Shown here one piece after another: positions 16,662-23,856 of a stretch of 29,293 bases of DNA. The notes beneath the pieces were generated by a model. The model was not told the DNA's origin. It did not search any database and worked only from the letters and a program-made list of their open reading frames with translations. The translations under genes and the position numbers were made by a program. Source of the DNA: a virus (taxonomy: Duplodnaviria > Caudoviricetes); the IMG/VR virus record IMGVR_UViG_3300044580_000446, positions 1 to 29,293 of that record; one strand, 5' to 3'. The first letter of the stretch is position 1; each line of letters begins with the position of its first letter.

Positions 16662-17378
16662 TTATTCCTCGTCGCTTATATCCATAGCCGATTCAGGCGT
16701 TCTTTGGGAGAGCGCCTTTATCTGCTCGGCAAACGGTTTTACAAAAGCAAGTTCTTCCGGCGTTAAATCCCTGTCGACAGACAGCACCGCCTGGCTGTAT
16801 GCGATTCCGCCCGCGTTCTGGGCCTTTTTCAGGCTGAATTTTGTAACCACGCTGCTTGATGTTTTTCCTTTTGAGAGAAGCCTCGTAACATATTTGCTGT
16901 AATCGGCAAGGCTGCCCGTCGGAATGGATAATATTGTCGGCAATGCCTCCCCTGCCCTTAAGATATACAGCCTGCGCTTTTGCTTGCATGCCTTAGCGCC
17001 GTTCTCGCCGCTGCCGAACTTGTTATACGGACAATCCTTACATGACTTAACCTCTGCCGTTTCCGCATCGAGTCCCTTATGTCCGTCAATGCTGGCGCAG
17101 TCCGGGGGAGTGTTTCCTCCCGTGTACTTTTCCTTGTAGAATGAATGCACGGGGTGCTGGTATAAAATCACAGCTTTGAACTCCTTAACCATATCCGGAC
17201 TGTCTGGGTTGTCTCCCGGTATTTCGTACGCCAGTCCGCCGCCGGCGGGTATCTTGATGCGATCGAACGAAAGCGTCAATCCGTCCATTTCCTCCGCAAG
17301 AAGCTGAGGAAGGTTTATGCTGTTTGCGCCATACTCTGCTACTTGATTTCCTGTCTTAACTAAGTTTTTGTTTTCCAT
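16662..17378 (-). CDS. Phage replication-module protein, possibly ssDNA-binding
   Basis: PPDC.S.DG, C.DCPYN.FGS, KACK Cys cluster; acidic C-terminal tail (DISDEE). Function is inferred only. Confidence 0.65.
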   Translation of the reverse strand: MENKNLVKTGNQVAEYGANSINLPQLLAEEMDGLTLSFDRIKIPAGGGLAYEIPGDNPDSPDMVKEFKAVILYQHPVHSFYKEKYTGGNTPPDCASIDGHKGLDAETAEVKSCKDCPYNKFGSGENGAKACKQKRRLYILRAGEALPTILSIPTGSLADYSKYVTRLLSKGKTSSSVVTKFSLKKAQNAGGIAYSQAVLSVDRDLTPEELAFVKPFAEQIKALSQRTPESAMDISDEE

Positions 17379-17409
17379 GTTCTTCTCCTGAATTTTTTTA
17401 TTTTTACCG

Positions 17410-17823
17410 CTAAACTTTGCGGCCGCGTCTTATTTGTATCGATGGCTTTTCGGCTATCTTAATAAGTCCTTCAAGCCACTTTGGGAGTTCCCCGTCATTG
17501 TTTTCCTTAAGGTCCCTCACCGTTGCGGAAAGCGTGTTGCTGTTTATAGTGAATAAGTCCTCAAAGCCTCGTTCCTTCATTACCCTGTAAAGCTCGTCTT
17601 TCCTTTCCGGTTCCGCTGCCGGGTATTCCTTAACTACTAACGAGTAGTTAAAACCTTTGTGATTGAAGCCTGTCGATTCATTCTCGATCAGGTCTTGTAT
17701 AAGCTCTGCCGAAACACTTTCTATTTCGGCATTTATGCCCTTGACCTGCGCTTCCAGTTCCTGCTTTTTATCGCGCAATTCCTTTAAGAATTCCGCAAGC
17801 TGAAATCTTTTGTTTTCGTCCAT
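17410..17823 (-). CDS. Hypothetical phage protein with an N-terminal coiled coil
   Basis: 137-codon ORF whose start overlaps the SNF2 stop (TAATG); GGAGGT RBS. Confidence 0.75.
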   Translation of the reverse strand: MDENKRFQLAEFLKELRDKKQELEAQVKGINAEIESVSAELIQDLIENESTGFNHKGFNYSLVVKEYPAAEPERKDELYRVMKERGFEDLFTINSNTLSATVRDLKENNDGELPKWLEGLIKIAEKPSIQIRRGRKV

Positions 17824-19184
17824 TAACCTTTACCTCCTGTCAGTTTTCTGTAATCGTCTACCATTAAGCGCGCGATATCGCTTTTCCTGCGTAATGCTTC
17901 CATTACCTTTTCGTCAACCGTGCCTTTTGCCACCAAATGTATGTACAGGCACTTTTGCGTCTGACCTATGCGGTGGATGCGCGCCCTGCTCTGTTCGTAA
18001 TTGGCGTAAGAAAAGTCCAGTGAATAGAACACCGCCACATTTGCCGCCGTCAGCGTTAGACCCATACCGGTAGTCTGGAGTTGCCCTATAAACACCTTGC
18101 ATTCCGGGTCGGTCTGAAACTTTGAAACCTGTTCCGCTCTGTCGGCAATGCCGCCGTGGATAATCGCATAGCCTGTCTTGCGGATTTTTAATAGCCTTTC
18201 TATCGCTTCTATCTCGGGTACGAACCTTGCAAACACAACGACCTTCTTTCCCGCTTCCCCGCACTCGTCAAGGATATCTTCCAAAGCATCCAGCTTTGCG
18301 CGGCTGACTTCCTGAACAATACCGTTTTCATCGTCCCGTATAAACCCGCCGGTGCATTGGGATAGTCTTAATAACCTTGTAAGCACATTCCTCGTCGTTA
18401 CTTCGCCCTGCATAAGCTCAGAATAACTGTCCTCGTCGATGTTCCGGTATATGTTTTGGGCATTCCTCTCAAGCTGAATTAGTCTTATGTCGTCAATCTT
18501 GTCCGGCAGTTCCACCGCGTCTTCGATCTTTATCCTGTATGCTATCGAGTGCGCCTTTGTAACGAGTTCCGACATATTCTTGTATCCTACTATCTGGTGG
18601 TTGCCGTAGCCGCCCAATGTCGCGTACCTTGCCCGGAATCTGAAATAGCTTGTACCGAACACTTTCTCATCCAGGAACTTGTACTGACTGAAAAAGTCCA
18701 GAGGCGAATTTGTAATAGGTGTTCCAGTCAGGATCGCTTTATACTTTGCGATTCTTCCTAAATTGTGCAAGGCTCGTGCCTGTTTTGCCTGGGGGTTCTT
18801 GATCTTGCTTGACTCATCGCAAACTATAAAGTCCGGTTTCCACTTTGTTATCTCCGTTTCAAGCCGCCATGCGCTTTCGTAGTTGACTATCGCAATCTGC
18901 AGACCTTTCCCGTTCATATGCCGCAATATGTCCGCTTTCTTTATACTGTCGCCCGACAAAGCCGCCGCGTTATACTCAAAGTCAGCAAACTTGTTGAGTT
19001 CAGCCTCCCAGACTCCGACAATACTTTTCGGGCAAACTACAAGCAGTTTCTTTATCTTCCCCGCCTCGTACAATGCGCCCGCCACGGCAATCGTGGTTAT
19101 GGTCTTGCCGGTGCCTTAACCCATGTCCATAAAAAACGCTATGCCTTTGCTTTCCCGGCCATCTCCGTTAATTTGAACACTCAC
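17823..19184 (-). CDS. SNF2-family helicase with an in-frame TAA (19116-19118) inside Walker A; recoded or pseudogenised
   Basis: GGAGGTG RBS (19192-19198) and GTG 19184 give VSVQINGDGRESKGIAFFMDMG*GTGKTITTIAV, in frame with the tracked 420-aa ORF (VVCPKS, NYES, CDES, LTGTP, GMGLTL, QSRARIHRIGQ). Confidence 0.88.
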
Positions 19185-19621
19185 TTTACATCACCTCCTC
19201 TTTTTCTGTGTTTGCTCCAGTATTCCGAAAAGTGGAGCCTTGCGTGATCTGACTTTGTCATTACCGCCAGGTTCTCGGGACGGTTATCGGTTTTGTTCCC
19301 GTTGATATGGTGTACCACCTCATTCGTTAAAAGCACCCGTCCGATTTTCTTCTCTGCCACTACGCGGTGTTCATGCCGCTGATAGTATTTTTTGTAACCG
19401 TGCGCCTCGCCTTTTTGAGCTATTGCCTGCTCGCGTTTTCTCCTTCTTCTCTCCGCCGTCCAGAACTCCGGCTTATTGGTCGGGTTTTCCGTCCTGTTGA
19501 AAAGTGACAGCCATGCGTTATAACAATTCCGTGAACAGTAATTCTTTTTACTTGGTTTTCCTCTCTTTACAAATCCGCGGCCGCAAAAGAAGCAAATTAC
19601 TTTCCTGTTTTTTCTAGCCAT
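19181..19621 (-). CDS. Free-standing HNH homing-type endonuclease
   Basis: CFFCG...YCSRNC Zn motif; HEHRVVAE..IGR.L...EVVHHINGNKTDNRPENL; overlaps both neighbouring genes. Confidence 0.92.
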   Translation of the reverse strand: MARKNRKVICFFCGRGFVKRGKPSKKNYCSRNCYNAWLSLFNRTENPTNKPEFWTAERRRRKREQAIAQKGEAHGYKKYYQRHEHRVVAEKKIGRVLLTNEVVHHINGNKTDNRPENLAVMTKSDHARLHFSEYWSKHRKRGGDVK

Positions 19622-19940
19622 CGGATTGCCCGCCCATCAAGATTTTTATTGCGAAGTTAAAAGCTGCAATCTGGTGTTGATATGGTTCGGCGCGTATCGG
19701 CATCCTGACTATTGGCTTGACGGTCGTATTATGCGGTCTGTCGGACTTTATAAGTTCTATCAGCTCGCCTTCCGGTTCTGCCCCGAGCATAATTACCTGC
19801 TCGAGATTCTGTTTTGACAACGGTATGTACCATGCCTTTTCTTCCGTGTCATACCGTCTTCCTGCGATTTCCTTAATGCCCTCTCGGAAAAGATAACAAT
19901 CCGTAAGTTTTATTTCGTTATCCGCTTTTTGAGCCTTCAT
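19614..19940 (-). CDS. Protein resembling the N-terminal part of SNF2 helicases (HARP-like segment plus Q-motif)
   Basis: IKEIAGRRYD.EEKAWYIP and MPIRAEPYQHQIAAFNF; start ATG 19940 with GGGAGG RBS. Confidence 0.7.
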   Translation of the reverse strand: MKAQKADNEIKLTDCYLFREGIKEIAGRRYDTEEKAWYIPLSKQNLEQVIMLGAEPEGELIELIKSDRPHNTTVKPIVRMPIRAEPYQHQIAAFNFAIKILMGGQSDG

Positions 19941-20433
19941 CCATTCTTGAGACCTCCCTGCTAAATTCCAAAATCCGCATTTGTAAATCCGTGCCGGGGG
20001 TGCGCCGTCCCGCAATGATATTTGCCAGCGCGCTTTTGCTGATGCCGAGTTTTTCTGCAAGCTCGGTCTGCGTTATTCCTTTCGAAAGAATATTGAAAAT
20101 GACTTCGACATCGAAAAGCTTATGTACACTGTGAGCGCGTAACAGTTTTTCAAGCACTAAGGCATCTTCCAAAGACACTGCCTTTATCGCGTTCTGTAAA
20201 GCATTGATTTCCCGTTCCGTATAAACTTGCTCCGGTCTTTTACCCGTCCATATAACACCTCCGCCGCATCCCCGCGCCGTTTCAATGGGATAGGACATGG
20301 AAAGCGTTAATATGTCGGAACGAATCGTCCTTTCAGTCACGCCGAATTCAGCCGCCAAGTTCTTGATGTTGTCGCGTCTGCGTAATCTTAAGCGTTCGGC
20401 AATCTGCTCTCTGCGTTCAAGCGCGCTTTCCAT
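19918..20433 (-). CDS. Double-HTH regulator (N-terminal DeoR/HTH_11-like wHTH, C-terminal XRE HTH)
   Basis: LAAEFGVTERTIRSDI...G.GGG and ITQTELAEKLGISKSALANIIAGRRTP; AGGAGGTG RBS. Confidence 0.85.
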   Translation of the reverse strand: MESALERREQIAERLRLRRRDNIKNLAAEFGVTERTIRSDILTLSMSYPIETARGCGGGVIWTGKRPEQVYTEREINALQNAIKAVSLEDALVLEKLLRAHSVHKLFDVEVIFNILSKGITQTELAEKLGISKSALANIIAGRRTPGTDLQMRILEFSREVSRMDEGSKSG

Positions 20434-20617
20434 GTCTTCACCTCCTTTTGCGAATTTTGTAGCTGCAGTATAAAACTTAAAGCGGAAGGGTAATTTCCTG
20501 TTTGAGAAAACTCTTTTGCTTTTTTTAAAGTTATTTTCTCAGGCAAACCCGACACCTAATGTCGAGTATAAAAAATATTTAGGACTGTTTTTAGCTAATT
20601 GGACTAAAAAAGAGCAT

Positions 20618-20674
20618 AAAAAAAGCCCGGCAATAGAAAATCCCTTTAATGGGGTATTTTCTATTTGCCAGGCT
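20618..20674 (-). terminator. Long terminator/attenuator hairpin upstream of the early operon
   Basis: AGCCTGGCAAATAGAAAATACCCC...GGGATTTTCTATTGCCGGGCT followed by a T tract. Confidence 0.7.
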
Positions 20675-20760
20675 CTTAACGATTCTCTGCCGAGTTCAGC
20701 GCTCTTCAACAAATGTTGCCGTAAGACATATCGTGTGCCTTACGACCGTATTCAATTGTG

Positions 20761-20946
20761 TTATCCTTTAGTTGGTTCGGTTGCCGCCTTTACTGAATTC
20801 TTCTTAACCAAGCGTACGGATTCTTTTGTGATTGTTACCTCAACATCCTCATGGCATTTGGGACACATCATTTCCACCCGGGAACCATCCTCGCCCTTCA
20901 GCAGCTTATATCCGCATTGCGGGCATACAGCAAAATACTTCATCAC
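20761..20946 (-). CDS. Small Zn-ribbon protein resembling Mu Com
   Basis: CPQCGYKLLK...VEMMCPKC, 61 aa, AGGAG RBS. Confidence 0.75.
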   Translation of the reverse strand: MMKYFAVCPQCGYKLLKGEDGSRVEMMCPKCHEDVEVTITKESVRLVKKNSVKAATEPTKG

Positions 20947-21021
20947 TACTGTCTCCTGTTTTGTTATATATAACCATCATCGGCCGCAAACTTTTTAGAC
21001 GGGGCTGCTGTCTTTGCGTTT

Positions 21022-21642
21022 TTAAAGCCTATGAATACAGTTATCGACCACTCCCAAAATCTCGCATTCCTTTACAACAATATCAGGGTAATTCCTCTCG
21101 CCTTTGCTGTTCAGCGTACTGTTTGCCGCCCTGAGAATTATGCGGTTTTTCTGGGGTAAATATATTTTAGCGGTAGCCTCACTATCTATCAGGGCGATTA
21201 CTACTTGTCCGGGGTCCGCCGTGTTCTGTTTTTTTACTATAAGGATGTCTCCGTCATATATGCCTTTCTCAATCATGCTGCTTCCCGTTGCCTTGAGCAT
21301 AAACCGCTCCTGAGTTCCGAAGAACTCTGCCGGCAAGGCGAAGTTCCCTTCTATGTTCTCTATCGCCGTAATGGGACTGCCGCATGCTACAGCTCCCACC
21401 AGCGGTATGGTCACCATCTCTCCCCGCATAAGGCTTTCATCGATAGCCACGCTGCCGCGTTCGTCTTTCTCTATATGCCCTCTGTCTTTTAAGACCTTAA
21501 TATATCTGAATACTGTTCCCAAGTTAGTAAATTTACAATGCCTCATTATCTGCCGGTATGTCGGAGACTTACCGTTATCTAACTGGTATTCCTGGATAAA
21601 CTTTAATACAGCATCCAGCTTGCCTTCATCATATAGTCTCAT
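21022..21642 (-). CDS. lexA: LexA-like repressor (wHTH plus S24 peptidase)
   Basis: SPTYRQI, IPLVGAVACGSPI, GSSMI..GI.DGD, EATAK; start ATG 21642 after AAGGA. Probably element-encoded rather than the host SOS repressor. Confidence 0.88.
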   Translation of the reverse strand: MRLYDEGKLDAVLKFIQEYQLDNGKSPTYRQIMRHCKFTNLGTVFRYIKVLKDRGHIEKDERGSVAIDESLMRGEMVTIPLVGAVACGSPITAIENIEGNFALPAEFFGTQERFMLKATGSSMIEKGIYDGDILIVKKQNTADPGQVVIALIDSEATAKIYLPQKNRIILRAANSTLNSKGERNYPDIVVKECEILGVVDNCIHRL

Positions 21643-21678
21643 TTTTCTTTCCTTAACTAAACTTAAAGTTGCGTTATG

Positions 21679-21707
21679 ATTATAAAACATTTGTTTGGGT
21701 TTGTCAA
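21679..21707 (-). promoter_or_regulatory. Consensus sigma-A promoter of the lexA-like gene with a palindromic operator in its spacer
   Basis: TTGACA-17-TATAAT; AAAC-N4-GTTT at 21685-21696. Confidence 0.8.
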
Positions 21708-21806
21708 TAGTTGTTTGGCAAATTTTTACATTTTTTATATTCCAAAAAATTATCGAAAGTATGAACAATTAAATATATCAAAATTCAAAACGCAAATATG
21801 CTTTGA

Positions 21807-21835
21807 TAGACAGAAACTATTATTTTTGATAGAAT
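21807..21835 (+). promoter_or_regulatory. Putative promoter of the endonuclease gene
   Basis: TAGACA-17-TAGAAT with a TG extension. Confidence 0.55.
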
Positions 21836-21853
21836 TAATTTTGAGGTGAAATA

Positions 21854-22750
21854 ATGGGAAAATCTTTTGGAAAATCCGAACGCACAATATGTGACTTATT
21901 TATAATTGGTAGAAAATTTACTTTTAATAACTTCGAGTATGAAATTCTAGAGTCAGGCAAGCCTACATGTCCTAAAGGGGAACCTAAAACAGATATTTAT
22001 GTCCGCGCTCGCTGTTTATTGAACAATAGTGAAAAAGAGCTTAAAATTACCTTTAAACAACACAATGCTGACTTTTTAGAAAATAAAACTAATGCAGAAC
22101 GGGCTGAATTGTTACTTGGGTCTAATTGGAAAGATATTATTTGCAAATCTACTGCTTCAATAAAAGAGCAATTTGAGAAACGTCCTATAATATACAAATC
22201 AGCCTTTCATCGCACAGAAAAAGGCGCCATCACACTCGGTTGGAAATTTGAGTTACTTAATAAACCAAGCGGTGAATTAAGCGGCGAGATGGCATTAACA
22301 GCTTCTCAAGTAATAGATGTATATTCGGGTACTAATCTTCCGTTGGATAAACGAAATGCCCGTGTTAATGGTAAAGTTATTGAAAATTCTGGGATAGCAA
22401 CCCATATTCTGGTTGATAATAGACCATGTTCAACATTACAAGAAACAATCAATAGTTTGCAAACTATAGAAGAATATGTGGCACAATATCCGAAAATATA
22501 TTTTGCTTGTAAGGCTTTGAATTATCGAACTTTTAATAGTAAATTTGATGGCAATCGTCCATTAGCTGTTTACATAGATTGGCATATATCTGAGGGCAAA
22601 CTCGCTGCAAAATTTTGTTATGATACACCGCTACTTCAAGGAGGTAATTTCGTATATTCAAGATTAATAAAAGCTCTTAGAGCATTAGGTGTAAGCACTA
22701 CCGATGATTTACAGGACAATATGATTCATTCGAGCATTAGAGTTATTTAA
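21854..22750 (+). CDS. Putative type II restriction endonuclease (PD-(D/E)xK-like)
   Basis: GEPKTDIYV...ELKITFK; directly upstream of a C5 methyltransferase; AT-rich. Family not firmly recognised. Confidence 0.6.
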   Translation: MGKSFGKSERTICDLFIIGRKFTFNNFEYEILESGKPTCPKGEPKTDIYVRARCLLNNSEKELKITFKQHNADFLENKTNAERAELLLGSNWKDIICKSTASIKEQFEKRPIIYKSAFHRTEKGAITLGWKFELLNKPSGELSGEMALTASQVIDVYSGTNLPLDKRNARVNGKVIENSGIATHILVDNRPCSTLQETINSLQTIEEYVAQYPKIYFACKALNYRTFNSKFDGNRPLAVYIDWHISEGKLAAKFCYDTPLLQGGNFVYSRLIKALRALGVSTTDDLQDNMIHSSIRVI

Positions 22751-22751
22751 T

Positions 22752-22780
22752 TTGACATAAATATTATTCTAAGTTAAACT
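22752..22780 (+). promoter_or_regulatory. Separate sigma-A promoter for the methyltransferase
   Basis: TTGACA (22752-22757) -17- TAAACT (22775-22780); GAGGAGG RBS follows. Confidence 0.7.
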
Positions 22781-22803
22781 TACAACAATGAGGAGGCACT
22801 TAT

Positions 22804-23787
22804 ATGAAAGTTGCAAGTTTGTTTGCAGGTGCAGGCGGATTAGATCTGGGATTTGAAGAAGCAGGGTTTGAGATAGTATATGCTAATGAGTATGATCCAA
22901 CTATTTGGGACACATATGAATCTAACCATAAATGCAAGTTAGATAAACGTGACATAAGAAAGATTTCATCTGAAGAAGTCCCGGATTGCGATGGAATAAT
23001 TGGAGGACCTCCATGTCAATCTTGGTCTGAGGCTGGCTCCCTAAAAGGTATTGAGGATTCCCGCGGTCAATTATTTTTTGATTATATACGTATTTTATCA
23101 GAAAAAAAACCAAAGTTTTTTCTTGCTGAAAATGTTGTTGGCATGCTTTCAAGTCGACATACTTATGCCGTAGAAAACATAAAAAAAATGTTCATCGAAG
23201 CAGGCTATAATCTTTCAGTCAATCTTGTTAATGTGGTTGATTACGGTATTCCTCAAGATAGAAAACGTGTTTTTTATATTGGAATACATAAGGATTATAA
23301 TTTTACTTTCAAGTTTCCTGAACCAGATAAAAAAATCGTCACGTTGAGGGAAGCTATTGGTGACCTAAAAGATTCAGCAGTGCCTGCTCTATTAAAAAAT
23401 AAGAAAAATCCAAATACAATAGTTCCTAACCATGAGTATTTTATAGGAAGTTTCTCAACTATTTTTATGAGTCGTAACCGCGTACGTAGTTGGGACGAAC
23501 CAGGTTTCACTGTTCAAGCCACTGGTCGTCAAGCGCAATTACATCCGCAAGCTCCAAAAATGGAAAAAATAGAACAAAATCTTTATATATTTAAACCGGG
23601 ATTTGAAAGTCTCTATCGTAGAATGACAGTAAGAGAATGTGCACGTCTACAGACTTTCCCAGACAGTTTTGTTTTCTACTATAATGATGTGAATGATGGT
23701 TATAAAATGGTTGGAAATGCAGTACCTGTTAAAATGGCAAAAATAATCGCTGAAGCAATAAAACATCAATTTGATATAAAGACCTAA
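22804..23787 (+). CDS. C5-cytosine methyltransferase, M.HaeIII/M.NgoPII-like (predicted GGCC)
   Basis: [23 protein letters not shown] and a target-recognition region [29 protein letters not shown] closely recalling M.HaeIII. Confidence 0.92.
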   Translation: MKVASLFAGAGGLDLGFEEAGFEIVYANEYDPTIWDTYESNHKCKLDKRDIRKISSEEVPDCDGIIGGPPCQSWSEAGSLKGIEDSRGQLFFDYIRILSEKKPKFFLAENVVGMLSSRHTYAVENIKKMFIEAGYNLSVNLVNVVDYGIPQDRKRVFYIGIHKDYNFTFKFPEPDKKIVTLREAIGDLKDSAVPALLKNKKNPNTIVPNHEYFIGSFSTIFMSRNRVRSWDEPGFTVQATGRQAQLHPQAPKMEKIEQNLYIFKPGFESLYRRMTVRECARLQTFPDSFVFYYNDVNDGYKMVGNAVPVKMAKIIAEAIKHQFDIKT

Positions 23788-23856
23788 ACAGATTCTGGGA
23801 TAATAAGCCCTACGAAACCTTCTTGTCCTGTAAGAGAATAACTTTTTGGGTAGTGT

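Larger units (their letters stand above)
1..21710 (-). mobile_element. Prophage segment (regulation, replication, packaging and head modules of a cos/HK97-type siphovirus); continues beyond position 1
   Basis: Co-oriented run of primase-helicase, VRR-NUC, SNF2, HNH, terS, terL, portal and prohead protease genes. The right boundary is uncertain because no att site or integrase is visible. Confidence 0.9.

Noticed and set aside
19110-19625. Group I intron or intein explanation for the HNH and the Walker A stop
   Set aside because: The HNH overlaps both neighbours with its own start and stop, leaving no room for a ribozyme core; no intein splice residues; the 6 extra nt are far too short for an intron.
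20516-20998. 160-aa plus-strand ORF
   Set aside because: Antisense to the Zn-ribbon gene and the structured leader; no RBS or domain signal.
20960-21025. ACGCAAAG...GTCTAA resembling part of a c-di-GMP-I riboswitch
   Set aside because: The upstream GGCAAA/GAAA-tetraloop helix is missing, and that position is lexA coding sequence.
1-21700. Avoidance of GGCC sites in the phage genes
   Set aside because: GGCC occurs repeatedly (for example near 909, 1506, 6987, 11009, 17421, 19157, 19579); no obvious depletion by eye, and no formal count was done.
21650-21850. Prophage attachment site at the compositional boundary
   Set aside because: No integrase, tRNA or partner repeat is in the window, so the boundary cannot be fixed.
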